A DNA stretch of 64,000 bases, from NCBI GenBank assembly GCA_964016885.1, contig OZ024744.1, positions 14,074,001 to 14,138,000 of the forward strand, in the 5' to 3' direction. Shown here piece after piece: positions 1 to 13,005 of the stretch. Position numbers and translations under genes: made by a program. The stretch's first letter is position 1, and every line of letters starts with the position of its first letter. The notes under the pieces are model-generated. The model had not been told where the DNA came from. It did not search any database and saw only the letters and a program-made list of their open reading frames with translations. This stretch comes from Eledone cirrhosa (taxonomy: Eukaryota).

Positions 1-141
1 CAAAACATAAGCATATAACATCATCACAACCAAACACGTCAGAGCACATCAACACAATACATCAACAAACCAAATTCTCAGCCCATACATAGCAACCTAA
101 AAAACCATATAGAAGAACCGGCGCATAGAAAAGCATCTAAA

Positions 142-550
142 TGTAACTGCCATCTACCTGACAAACGGCCTTTACAAAATAGATGCCTAGAGACAAATAT
201 AGTATACCTATGTACTATAAATTCAGGTAGCTTAGCATGGCATTATATTGGTTCCACAGCTAGGGAGTTTAAGAAAAGGTGGTACGTACATAGATACTCT
301 ATGACTAACAGGAATCTCTCAATGACAACGACTCTCGCCAATAAAATCTGGCAACTCAAAGATGCAAACATGGAATATAAAATCAGCTGGACAAAGCTAT
401 CAACATGGTATGTCCCACTGTGGTCTCTGTAATATGGAACTTTTCCAAATTTTAAATTACAACAAAATTCTTCTTAACAGTAAAATTTAAAAAACTATTT
501 TTTGTCGATATAAATCGGCGACTAAATTTGAGAACTTTAGACCAGCTTAA
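142..550 (+). pseudogene. Penelope-like (Neptune-type) GIY-YIG endonuclease fragment, frameshifted; the element probably extends to ~2330
   Basis: Manual translation from 142: CNCHLPDKRPLQNRCLETNIVYLCTI..HYIGSTAREFKKRWYVH..TTLANKIWQLKD..YKISW. This matches the PLE linker Cys motif plus GIY-YIG pattern also seen at 11996-12628. Confidence 0.8.
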
Positions 551-626
551 TTCCATCTTATCTATTCCATAACCCAGATTGTACCACTTGGATCTATTAT
601 GATATCACATTATCAACATCATCATT

Positions 627-668
627 ATAATTATAATTATAATTATAATTATAATTATAATTATAATT
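627..668. repeat. (TAATTA)n microsatellite
   Basis: Direct reading. Confidence 0.9.
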
Positions 669-1034
669 GTCATCATCTATCAAAGAACAACATCAAAACC
701 TCTTATATTTACATTCTTAATTTATATATCTCTATTTTTCACTCTTTATCTTTATATTTCTCTCCCTAAATTTATTTCATCTCTGTCATTTTATTTTATC
801 ATATAATATAACTTAACTAATTAATTTATTTATTTATTAAAATAACCAATACACACATAAATATATTTAACATTATCATATGTTCACCTTATTATCTCTC
901 CATATATTTCAACAATTCTCAAAAACCATTCTCAATAATTTTAATATGTTTAAATATTCTTCGCAAATTTTTACTCCTTTTACGTATTTATTTTTATTCT
1001 TCATTATTCACATTTTATACCATTTTATATCACA

Positions 1035-1749
1035 CTAGCAGTGGTACCCGGCGTTGCACGGAATAAGGTATTTTGGAACGCGGACCGCCAAGAGACCTAA
1101 TCGTGGAAAAACTGCATGCCTGGACAATATGTAAAGAAAATAAACCGAATACTCTGATGGCTGGATAATCTTTAAGATTTTCCTCGATGAAGCAGGAAAA
1201 ATGCAGGTTTTCACCTAATGCGGGTCCTAGGGAATTAAGAAAATGAATTTTTTTATGTGCATAATATACCTTGAAATTTCGGGAAAATCACCTAAACGCC
1301 TCCAAAAAGCCTTAAAAAGCTGAAAATATGAAGTTTTTCACCTAATGCGGGCCCTAGGCCATACAGAAGTTGGATTTTCTTTGATCACGGTATGAAGAAG
1401 AGACTGACTATTACATAGTTACAATTTCAAGGAAATCAGTCTGACGTAACGCCTCAAAAAACCCCTAAAAACCTGAAAAAACGCAGTTTTTCACCTAAGG
1501 ATGAAAAAGTTGAATTTTTTTATGTGCATAACACCACCTGAAACATAAGTAATACACATGTAAAGTTTGAATAAGCTCGGTTGGGTGCTTCTCGAGTTTT
1601 AGGGATTCAAACTCACAGACACACACACACAGACATCCTCAGGGAAGTGACGTAATGCAGACAGATATTATAAGGGCGCGTGTTACTTGAGTTTTAGGGA
1701 TTCAAACTCACAACACACAGACAGACATCCTCAGTTTTATATATATAGA
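1035..1749 (-). mobile_element. Non-autonomous Helitron
   Basis: Minus strand starts A|TCTATATATATAAAACTG and ends in a CCG..CGG hairpin followed by CTAG|T. Same family as 17292-18765. Confidence 0.85.
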
Positions 1750-2164
1750 TTAGATATTATTTATTTATTTATTTATTTATCAATTTTTATATATATTTTT
1801 CATATATTTTTTATATATCTTTTATTTTTATTTACATTTATTCATGTATTAACGTTTATTCATCTATTTGTCCCTCTATTCTTCTTCTTATCCTACGTTA
1901 TTTCTACTTATGTTTGTCTCTCCTCTATCTACCATCATCTTATATATATGTTCTCTTTATATTTCTCTCTATAATAATTTCTCCTTTTTCTTCTTTCTCT
2001 TTTTCTTTTTCCTTTTCCTTCTTCTTCTTTCGCCTTCCTTTCTTTCTTTACTGTATCTATCTCCCTTTCTTCCCTTTTTTCTCTCTATATCTTTATTATT
2101 AATATTATTATTGATGATGTAATTTGAATTTGTAAATTTGCCGGTTACATATATATTTTTTTAA

Positions 2165-2274
2165 CAGTTTCCGAAGATCTAATGGAGTTAACATCGTATT
2201 TAAAATTGAGTGGCACTGCTTTTAGTGTTCAGCCAGTTTTAGACAACTCTATCAGTGAAACAATTGTTAGACTG
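2165..2274 (+). ncRNA. Type I hammerhead ribozyme motif with extended domain II (CCGAAGA core variant)
   Basis: cagttt-CCGAAGA-[79 nt; basal stem ctaatggagtt/aactctatcag]-GAAA-CAATTG-TT-agactg. Confidence 0.7.
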
Positions 2275-2464
2275 CAAATAAATCCCATCTTTTGTACTGT
2301 TGACCATGTTATTCTCCACTTTTTCTATTTTATATATATATATATATATTAATAAGAGGAATTCCAACTTTGTCTGATTTACTCGTTTTATTTACAATCC
2401 TTTAAAATTTATAATGGTATTATAATGAAATAGTATGATAGAATATTAAATTGTAAGTGTTAAT

Positions 2465-2502
2465 TGAACAAGTACTTTCATGTTTTCGCAATCTTCAGGT
2501 TC
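2465..2502 (-). ncRNA. Minimal hammerhead ribozyme (inverted pLTR copy)
   Basis: Reverse complement of the 6379-6416 motif. Confidence 0.8.
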
Positions 2503-3787
2503 GAAATTATCAACACTTATCACGATGATTGACACACAATCCTCTATTTTAAAGGAAATAGAAAAACAATCTACAGACGGAAAACTTATAACTGAACATA
2601 TAAACTCTGAAATTAAGAATTTAGCTGAAATTATACCAACAGTTATCAAAGATACAAGAGAAAGCCTACCACAACCTCCTTGGATGTCAGAACTAAACGA
2701 AAGAAATTTGGAAAACAAAACACATCGAATAAGAAAAGAAATGTGGAAGACATGGAAAAAATTCCTTAACATAAGAAAACAAAACTTCTGGAAAGCATAC
2801 AAATGCGAAAAATATGTCGAAACACATTCGAAATGGCTCTCTCTAACGGCACCCATACTCCCTCGTAAATACCTAATTACAGAAATTGCAGGAGAACCAG
2901 AAAAAGAAACAAAACTCCGATGGGAACTTACATTGACAAAATTCAGGACCGACATCTCCATTTCTCAATGTAAACAATCCGGCTACAAAGCCAAATATGA
3001 AGCTATTGATGACCAAATTGAAGTTGAAATTTCAAAGCTAACGACTGGTATTATAGCTGAAAAACTACGAGAACTATGGATCAGAGATATCTCAAAAGAA
3101 GAAAACAAATCAAGAAAGGTATGGCAGCAGAAACAATTATTTCTCGACGAATATGCTGCAAATTACGGTAAAGACTCTGGAACCCTGAGAAAAAGCATTA
3201 AAAGTGGACAATCTCACCAACACAACATACGCCAGAACACGTGCCAACACAAACACTCACCTTACCTTGAATCAAAGAAGAACTACGGTAATAACTCTTC
3301 GCTTTTTCTACAAAAACACCCTATCGCACACAACATGAACAAAAAGCACAAACACGATAGATATTCTTTTGACCAGACCATGAGAAGTAGTAAAACCAGG
3401 AGATCATTCTCAAGATCTCAACAGAGACTACCAACAAGGAATGTGGAAACAAAACGTAGAATAACCAGATCACTCTCAAGATCTCAACAGAGATTGCCCA
3501 CAAGAAACTGGGCGAAAAAACGATCTAAACCTGAAAGCAAACCTAGGTCATTTCCCCAGATTGTTAAAAATAATGCTAACAGGAAAAATAATATACATAA
3601 TACCAAAAATAGGACAAAATACATAACGAAACCAAATATAATATCACGACCAAAAGTTCATCAAGCGAACACCAACAGGAATATAAATCCTGAACAGAGA
3701 AAAATCCATTTTTTAACGTCAGGACAACAAAAACCGGAAAAAGAAAAACTCCAGGAGGAAACATACCCAAAACAACTGTACACGTAG
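2503..3787 (+). CDS. PLE ORF1-like protein (helical N-half, basic low-complexity C-half); 5' end cut by the inverted pLTR
   Basis: Uninterrupted 435-aa ORF inside the element. It overlaps the RT frame, and a RSxSRSQQRLPTRN motif is duplicated at 66-bp spacing. Confidence 0.65.
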
Positions 3788-6002
3788 ATCCTAAAATAAT
3801 TAATTTATCTAAAAGAGATCTTGACAATGATGAAATGAAAATTCTGTCAAAAGGACTGAAATTCACACCGACTCCAACAGTCAACCACCAAGAACTGAAG
3901 GAGGATACCCAAGAATTCTGTCGAAAATTACGTCTTGTAGAATTCTTCGCTGATAAAAGTAATGAGAGTGATGAATCACTAGTAAAGAATAAATCAAATT
4001 TCACTCCGCCAAAAGGAAGAAATATCTATCTCGACCAATACATTGACATCCTGTCTAAATTTCCTCTTAGACGTAATACTAACAAATCAGAAATGTCTGC
4101 ACTTAAACGTATACAAAATGATAAAACAATAATAATTAAACAAGCAGATAAAGGGGGTGCAGTTGTTATAATGGATACTGAATACTACAAGGATTTGGTT
4201 GAGGAACAACTGAAAGACACAACATTCTATCATGAAATACCGTCAAATATAGACCACAACATCATGAAGAAGATCAACAACCTGGCTTCAAAATACCACA
4301 ACTCATTTACTGATAAGGAAAGAGACTACATCACCAATTTTGAGCCAAAACCCAGCAACCTGTATGGCCTACCGAAAGTTCATAAGTCAAAAGAAATACA
4401 ACTGGCAGTAAGAGAACAAAACAGTGAATACATTAAATTACTACACCCAAAAGAATTAAAACTTAGACCTATTATAGCTGGTCCAACATGCCCCACCCAC
4501 CGTCTAAGCAATTTTGTTGACATTATTTTGAAAGCACTATGTATTCACATACCCAGTTTCATCCGGGATGATATCGACTTCCTGTCCCATCTTCCCAAAA
4601 CCACGGAAACGAATTCACTTCTACTCAGTTTTGATGTGGTAAGCCTTTACACCAACATTTCACATGATTTAGGAATAAAGGCTGTTAAATACTGGGTGGA
4701 AAAACATAGAGAAGTGATTCCCATCAGATTCACAGCGCCATTTATATTAGACGCAGTTAAACTTATTCTGGAAAACAACACATTCTTCTTCAATGGAAAG
4801 AATTACATCCAAATTAGAGGCACAGCGATGGGAACGAAGTTTGCTCCCGTTTACGCGAACTCTGTAATAGGATACTTAGAACAACAACTCTACCAAGAAA
4901 TAGAGGAAAAATATAGTACTGACTTTAGAAAGTACATTGAAAAATCTTGGAAGAGATACCTTGACGACTGTTTCATCATCTGGACAGAATCTCTAGATAC
5001 CTGGATGAGTTCAATATCCTCCTTAATAACCTACACCCATCTCTCCAATTCACAAAAGAGATGAGTAGGACCAAATTACCATTCCTAGATATAATGATAA
5101 TCAAAAACGACACCACCATTACCACGGATATATATTATAAACACACAGACACCCATCAATATCTGAATTTTAAGTCGTGCCATCCACCTCATACAAAACG
5201 TAACATCCCATACTGCCTAGCCAGAATAATTTGTACCATTGTAGAAGATACGAATACCAGGTACAAACGCCTAACAGAACTAAGAGAATTTTTGCTGAAA
5301 CAAAAATACCCATCTCTACTTATAGAAAATGGCATAGAGCGGGCTATAAAAATACCTATACAACAACTTAGGACAACCCAAGGAAGAAGAAACCAAGAAC
5401 TAGTCATACCATTTATAATGACACACAACCCATGTCACCAGAATATCTTCAACACTGCCAAAGCAAACCTACCGATCATTGCTCAAGGTAATGAATTAAA
5501 AGGCTTAATCACAGACCGATCTTTGACTCTTAGTAAAAAACAGTCGAAAAATTTGAAGCAATTACTAACAAAAGCAAAGTTTGACCTTAACAACAAAGAC
5601 CAATCATTCACTGTATCTAAATGCAATGATAGTCGATGCGGCACATGTCAATCCATACACACCGGTCAATATATGAAAACAAAAAATGGAAAATATTCCC
5701 AAATACAAATATGAACTGCAAAAGCAGAAATCTAATTTACTGCATTAAATGCCCGAATTGTGAAGAACTATATGTCGGTCAAACTGGAAATGCACTATCG
5801 GAACGTGCACCGGTACACCGTCAGCAAATCAGAGACCCAAATGTCCGTCAGATACCCCTAAACAAACCATCTAGCAACATGTGGTCAGGGAATATTTATA
5901 ATATTCCCATTCTACAAATTACACAGCCCAAGTGAAATCAAGAGAAAAATCAAAGAAAAGAATTTTATTGATAAATTCAAACCCAAGCTAAATGAACAAT
6001 AA
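3709..6002 (+). pseudogene. PLE reverse transcriptase + Cys-rich linker + GIY-YIG endonuclease, with a few frameshifts
   Basis: Motifs IINLS..LSKGLKF, ADKGGAVV, LYGLPKVHK, LRPII, SFDVVSLYTNI, GTAMGT, RYLDD, LPFLD, CNDSRCGTC and NLIYCIKCPNCEELYVGQTG. Confidence 0.92.
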
Positions 6003-6377
6003 TAACGCTTAGGGGTATTACTTCTACTATGACTATGACTACGACCACTAACAACAACAACAACAACAACAACAACAATAACAACAACAATAATAATAAT
6101 AATAATAATAAAAGTGATTTTGATGGTGATGATTACTAGAAAATGCTATTTTCATCATTTCTAAAAATAGCAAAACAATTGATGCTTTGGATATGATTAA
6201 TTATTGGTCGTTAGACATGCTCAACCAGCTTTAGTAATTCAGTGAAACTACACACTGATTGGTCGAAATACAGTTTGCAAGATTTAGCATTCTGGAGCCA
6301 CTTTTCACTGTATATAAGGTAGAAAATTTACCCACCTCATTACAGTTGAAAATTGCAAACTTGACTGTCACCACATA

Positions 6378-6416
6378 TGAACCTGAAGATTGCGAAAACA
6401 TGAAAGTACTTGTTCA
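6378..6416 (+). ncRNA. Minimal type I hammerhead ribozyme in the PLE pLTR
   Basis: tgaac-CTGAAGA-t(tg cgaaaa ca)t-GAAA-GTAC-TT-gttca: 5-bp stem I and palindromic helix III. Confidence 0.85.
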
Positions 6417-6568
6417 ATTAACACTTAGAATTTAATATTCTATCATACTATTTCATTATAATACCATTATAAATTTTAAAGGATTGTAAATAAAACGAGT
6501 AAATCAGACAAAGTTGGAATTCCTCTTATTAATATAATCTTCTATACACAATCATACACACCCGTGTA

Positions 6569-6629
<61 letters not shown>

Positions 6630-6632
<3 letters not shown>

Positions 6633-6985
6633 ATACATTAACAGAGAAAGCTTTAAGCGATACTCTGACCAACTCCATCTCACTCAACAAACATTAGGAT
6701 ATACCTAAGTATAATCCCAATTTAGTGTTTGGGGTGCTAACTATACAGTATTCCGTGGATAGCTGGTTGTATTATTTTATATGAGACATAATTAAATAAA
6801 TCTCTCTTTCCTTCCATACGATCGTTTCGTTATAAGATTTCTACAATTTGGGATAATGTCCAGGTTATGTAGAAACTTGTATATAATCCATAGATATACA
6901 CACAAGCGGGCCCTTATAACTCATCAGTGGATGCCCATTTAATATCGATATAAAAAACTACATCGATATTAATAAATTAGTGATG
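6630..6985 (-). mobile_element. Short non-coding PLE end (solo pLTR) next to (TA)n; homolog at 14105-14445
   Basis: Aligns by eye with 14105-14445 and contains an extended hammerhead. Confidence 0.7.
6813..6931 (-). ncRNA. Hammerhead ribozyme with a 92-nt branched domain II
   Basis: tcca-CTGATGA-gttataag..cttataac-GAAA-CGATCG-TA-tgga; canonical core. Confidence 0.85.
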
Positions 6986-7040
6986 GTCTCCGTCAGTGCT
7001 AAAAGATACATATATATATATATGTGTGTGTGTATGTATT

Positions 7041-7166
<126 letters not shown>

Positions 7167-7219
7167 CATATATTTTTATGTGTATATTTATATATGTGTA
7201 TAAGTATATATGTGTATAT

Positions 7220-8940
7220 TACCATTTCCTCAATGGCCAAGAAAACCCACACAGATAGATGGAACGGGTGGACCAGAGCCATACGGACCCCCGAAAACCA
7301 CGATGAACTAAAGAAAATGATTGCACATGCGGTGGGGGCTAGTATAAAATTAACCCTTAAGGAACATATGTTCAAATTTAATGGAAAAACATATGCCGAG
7401 GAGGAGGGAGCAGCCATTAGTGTTAGCATTGCAGGTGACATAGCTAACCTATTCATGGTATGGTGGGAGAATAGACTTAAACTTAAACTTAAAGAACAAT
7501 TAGAAGACAGCAACCTCATAACCCTGATAATGTACTCCCGCTACGTTGATGATATAAACATCGTAGTAAAAACACCCCCACTAGAGAACAGTTAGGAGGT
7601 AAAGAAAAACACCATGGAAAGCATCCAGCAAATAGCTAACTCCATCCACCAGAGTTACTATAGACTACCCAAGCAAACACCCCAACCATCGATTACCTGT
7701 ACTAGACACAGAGCTCTGGTTAGATACCATTAATAACAAAAAACAAATCCTCCATTCCCATTATGCCAAACCCATGACTTCCAAATATCTGATCCACCGA
7801 AACTCAGCTGTTTCGGACCATACCAAAATCAACATACTGATTGCGGATTTGGTACGGGTGATGAGAAACGTGTCCCGCATGTGCAACCTCAAAGAACTAG
7901 AGAGACACATACAACACTTCATCCACCGTATGCAGTTCTCTGGTTACAATCAGAGAGATAAAATCAGAGTATATAGAGGAGCCATAACCAAGTGGGAAAA
8001 AATGCTAAATAATGATACAAATGTATAGGAGCCAATTTTGGAATAAAATAGAAAGAACTAGGAATAAGGTTAATAGAATAAACTCATGGTATGATAGCAA
8101 TAAATACCAGAGTGTAATGTTCATCGATACAACCCCTAGAGGTGAATTAGCTTACAAATTTAGAAGGGCCCTAGATAAACATAAACTCAATATTAAGATA
8201 GTAGAAAGACCAGGTACCTCCATTAAAACACTTATTAGCAATACATACCCTTTTCAAAGACCTCCCTGTATAGATAAGAAATGTATAATCTGTAAACTAA
8301 GCCCTATATTAACTGTAAAACTAGAAATGTAGTATATAGCATAAGATGTACTGAAGGACAATGTAGAGATAAGAATATAGTGTACATAGGTGAGACAGCT
8401 CGTAGTATAGGGTAACGGATAAATGAACACTGGCGAGAGCTTCAACATATTAAAGAATCATCTGTACTCTACCAACATGCTAAAATATAACATAAGGGTA
8501 AATTAGAGAACATAGAAATAAAAATAGAATCTATACACAGAAAAGACGCAATGTTTAGACAAATCACAGAGACAATAAACATAAATGAACTCCGACCAAA
8601 ATTAAATAGAAAACATAAATGGAACAGCAACATCACAACTTACAATTAAGGACAAAATGAAAACACACACACACATAGAACAAACAACCAACCAGTAACA
8701 TGTAAATAAATAAATAAATAAACAAATATAAACACACACACAGACACCCGGATGTAACACATGCGCAAACTAAGCACACAGCACACACAAAAACAAGATG
8801 GCGTAGGACAGAACAAAGGAGAGGCACAAAAACAAAGAAAATAATCCCAGTCACTGAAGAGGTCACAGAATATGTGACGAAAGAAATTTGACAATATATG
8901 AACAATCGTCTGGTTGTGGAACCAACCAACCAACCGGAAA
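7220..8940 (+). mobile_element. 5'-truncated, decayed Penelope-like element (RT C-half + GIY-YIG), second family
   Basis: Motifs EGAAISVSIAGDIANLFM, YSRYVDDIN, LPVLDTELW, CIDKKCIIC and VVYSIRC..VYIGETAR, broken by stops and frameshifts. A hammerhead lies in the 3' region. Confidence 0.85.
8850..8892 (+). ncRNA. Minimal hammerhead ribozyme motif
   Basis: gtca-CTGAAGA-g-gtcaca gaata tgtgac-GAAA-gaaa-TT-tgac. Confidence 0.7.
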
Positions 8941-9654
8941 TTTATAAATTCCTAAATTTATAAATTTAATTTATAATAAATTGAAGTGAAAGCAACTGGT
9001 GCGCGTGTTTCTTATTGGCAACACAAAACTGTGTAGCACTGTATATTTTTAAGCTGCGTGGCTCTCTAATCCTGTATTTTCTATTTGAACTTTTAAAAAT
9101 TGTATGTATATATTATATTTTTTTTCCCTTTCTTACATGCTTCTTTCATATATTTTTGAAATTTGTTATACCTTTCATGCTTAGTTGGGCTGATTGCTCC
9201 TTGTTTTAAATGTTGTGCTAGTTGCTCATCATCTTCCTACATACATGGTCCGTTGAACCGATTTTTTTAAAAAATCTGGTGGGAGGCCATTTGCAAGATG
9301 ACGCCACCTGGTGTCTGGCTTTAAAAACAGACTATTAACTGCCCTTAGTTCTGACGTCACGTTCTGACGTCATTAGCTGAAGGCTGTCTCTTCCGACTTT
9401 GACTTTCCTGCCAACAAGACGTGTTTGTTGGCCTGTCGCATCTATAATGCAACATGCGGTCAACGATACATTTCAACGCATCCCCTTTATGAAAATATCT
9501 GACACGACGTCAAGGAGCAACAGATGTAGTAACCTGTCTCGTTTATTTCAGTGATTAATATGTATGTCTTTTATGAACTGTTTGTTGCGCATACACTTAC
9601 AAAAAACCTATAGGAGATGTTCATTCAACCAAACTAAGGAAGTGAACAAAACCT

Positions 9655-9730
<76 letters not shown>

Positions 9731-9744
9731 TAGCGAAGATAATA

Positions 9745-10014
9745 CGTCAGCAATGACGTGTTCGTCAGAATGTCGTTATGCAGACAGCCAGACATACAGA
9801 CATATATTATAAGGGCTCGACGGAGATCGATAACCGGCACCTAACACCCCTTTAACAACAGAAAATTGAAAAATAAAAGCTACAGTTAATATCTTTAGAC
9901 CGCAGGGAATATATAAATGTAAGTTTGAAGTCAATCGGAGTAGAAATGTGGATTTGTATAGACTTTGCAAAAATGAGGACACACACACAACAACAACAGT
10001 TTTATATATATAGA
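9745..10014 (-). mobile_element. Helitron 5' fragment related to 17292-18765
   Basis: Has the A|TCTATATATATAAAACTG terminus and shares a block with 17530-17580. No convincing 3' end found. Confidence 0.55.
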
Positions 10015-10159
10015 TATATATATATTGGAAAATGTGTGAGATCCTTGGTACAGTTAGGTATATTTGAAAAAAGGAAAAGAATTTTATGATATAATATTAT
10101 AACATTAAATCATAAACATTTTTAACACTACAAGTGAAGTGATTCTTTTCCTTTTTTTT

Positions 10160-10222
<63 letters not shown>

Positions 10223-10223
<1 letters not shown>

Positions 10224-10510
10224 TGTATTCGAATTTCGTATTTCTAAATAAACATTTAGAGAGCTGTAGTTATGCAGAAACACCGACAGATGGCGATAGC
10301 CTGTTTTCAAAGTTCAGCAGTTGCAAGAGCGGGAGGCATCGTCCTGATGAGAGCCAGTTCAGTTCGAAATCCATCGACGATTGTACCCCTTGTTTCTGCT
10401 GGACACCGCCAGGAGGCGATAGCTACCGGTGTTTCTGCATAGCTACGACTTTATAAATGTTTTTTTATAAACATACCCTATTTCTTTAGAAATACGAAAT
10501 TCGAATACAT
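10223..10510 (+). mobile_element. ~290-bp fold-back element with a central hammerhead
   Basis: Inverted ends atgtattcgaatttcgtatttctaaa / tttagaaatacgaaattcgaatacat, plus an inner pair tagttatgcagaaacaccg / cggtgtttctgcatagcta. Confidence 0.7.
10338..10381 (+). ncRNA. Minimal type I hammerhead ribozyme
   Basis: atcgtc-CTGATGA-gagc cagttca gttc-GAAA-tcca-TC-gacgat; 6-bp stem I. Confidence 0.88.
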
Positions 10511-10640
10511 ATCTGTATACAGCTATGCTTGAAGCTAAATTCTAATCACCCCCCCCCCCCCCCCACACACACATATATATATATATACAGTGAAAGATTG
10601 ACGAATAACACGGTCGGCTGTACAGAAAGGGTTTTATTTA

Positions 10641-10755
10641 CAGTATTAACAATTGTTTCATTGATCAGGTGAGTCTAAAGGCCGCTAATCACTGGAAATT
10701 GCGTCACTCGACCTTAAATACAGTGTGTGTCTCTGATCAAATCATCGGAATACTG
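10641..10755 (-). ncRNA. Hammerhead motif with an 82-nt domain II (CCGATGA core variant)
   Basis: cagtatt-CCGATGA-t ttgatcag..ctgatcaa t-GAAA-CAATTG-TT-aatactg; 7-bp stem I and 8-bp basal stem II. Confidence 0.78.
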
Positions 10756-10829
10756 GGTACAGAGAACAGAGTACTCACAACCTCTAACTGGATTACCTAA
10801 AACGATAACTTGTTATCCTATATATATAT

Positions 10830-10895
10830 ATAGGAAAAGATATGACCCCGACGGCAGAGCTCAAGCCGTTTCGACGGGGTCATACCTTTTCCTAT
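10830..10895. repeat. Hairpin element adjacent to (TA)n; its left part recurs at 22611-22657
   Basis: ataggaaaagatatgaccccg...cggggtcataccttttcctat with an inner acggc/gccgt stem. Confidence 0.7.
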
Positions 10896-11004
10896 CACCC
10901 ACTCTACTACCCTAAGTATTGAGTACTCTGGTGCGTTATGGTCCACCTGGTTCCTTACCACTATTCCCTCACTATATGTATATACAATATAAAACGAAAA
11001 ATCT

Positions 11005-12955
11005 TACCCTACAGTAGGCGCACGTACACACACTGGCTCATATACACTCAAACAAATACGCACCTATTATCTACATGTCCACGTACATCTACAAAGATAC
11101 ATACATATATCTGTCCGTACTCAAATATGATATACTCACAGAGTCATATAAATCTACACAATGGGTCATACAGAGTCATCCATGAAAGGATGCATCTTGT
11201 TATACACATGCACAAATATAAATAATGTAACCAAATACATACATCCTTACACATACATGCATGTATACATACACACATATAAATAAATAAATAAGTAAAT
11301 AAATAAATAAATGTATATATATATATATACACATACATATATATATACACACACACATACACCTACACATATATATGTGTACATACACACACATACGTAC
11401 ACATCTATAAAAAAAAAACCTACAATATACTAAAATATACATATAACGACATACGTTAAAAGATGTATCTTGTACTAAACATGCACATATATAAACAGTG
11501 TAATCATATACATACATCCATACACATTCACATAACATATACATATATACCTCTCTACATACACACATATACACTATATATATACACATACGCGTACATA
11601 TATACACACATATAAAAAAATAAAATAAATATACAATATTAAAATATACATATAACGTCACAGAGATACATATATAAAAAAGAAGAAAGAAGAAGGGACG
11701 TGCGTATGATATAGTACATATGGGGAGTATGGGCCTGTATACGGGCCTGTATACGGAGCAAATAATATGTGTCCCAAAATGGAACACGTGGAGAGTATGT
11801 ATTCTCGATTGAAAAGGTACACATGCATGGGGATGCGTGGACCGGCCATATTGGAGTATGTCACTGTGGCTGAGGTGTGTTGTCCTATAGGTGTAAGATA
11901 TTTGATTGAAAGCCAGTGGAATCCGGGTCAACCTGTCCCGGCTCAGGCGATGTTCTTGCCTAGGGTGACGTGCAGAGTCGGGTATGCATCTTGGGTTATT
12001 TTGGTTTACTCCACGGGGCATATATTGTCATCAGGGTATGGTGTCTGATCTCTTGAACCCGTTCCGTCGCTCTGGTCGACGCGTGCTCCGACGCATGCCC
12101 ATAGCCTGGGCTTCCCGGTGGATTCCATGCGGAGAGTGTGCACCTTCTCTGGTGTCTGCACGCCATGATAATTTCCGATTTCAGGTTGACTGCATCATCC
12201 TTCAGTCTGACTATTTCCATGGCCTCGTATAGGCATAGGTTACACTTTCTACTTCCAGCCCAGTATGCATTCGCGTGCCGAACGGTACTCCAGTCAAGGG
12301 CGTACGAGGTGCCTTTGTCTTTCAAGTCCCACACCAGGTCCGCTAGCCTAGTGGAGTGCCTCTTACTGCGGTCCTTGGAGGAGTTCGTGTGGTTATACAT
12401 CCGCGATTTAAAGGTCGTGGATGTTGCGCCGATGTAGGTGCGCTTTATATTGTGGGTGCTAACCACACATTTATATACCAGGCCCTTCGTCAGAAATCTT
12501 CCCTGCAGGGGGCACTGGGTGCCCGCTCTGCAATTACATGTTCTGTCGTTATTTTGTTCACTTCGGACGCCTGGCCCTCGATCTGCTAGGGACCTCTCCC
12601 GATTCTCAGGGTGTTGTTCTGCCGGCACGATGCCCTCCCTCCCTCCTGGCGTTGGATTGTATCGCCTTCCGCGGGCGTGGCGGCTGCCGGGTTGTTGTTG
12701 GAAGGCGAGTCCCAGAGGGGTCCTCCACGCTCCGATGGACGGTCATTCTGCCGCCGCGGTTGACGGTCGAGCTGTCCCATCTTTACCGCGTTAGCTTTGG
12801 CCATGTAGTCGGCCATGTTAGGAGCTGTGGAGAAGGAAAACTTCACCGCGTGGCGGTTGAAAATCTTGTGGTATTTGTTCGACAGCGGGAAGCACTCGTC
12901 TAACGCTTGGAAAAAAAAGCCTGGCACGTTGCTGCATACATGCTTAGAGTATATA

Positions 12956-13005
<50 letters not shown>

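Larger units (their letters stand above)
2345..6536 (+). mobile_element. Penelope-like retroelement (Naiad-like) with inverted ~158-bp pLTR ends (2345-2502 / 6379-6536)
   Basis: Contains RT and GIY-YIG ORFs. The near-perfect inverted terminal copies each carry a hammerhead. Left end abuts (TA)n. Confidence 0.9.

Noticed and set aside
5615-5790. Selenocysteine recoding as reported for some Naiad PLEs
   Set aside because: All Cys-motif positions are TGY codons; there is no in-frame TGA at those sites.
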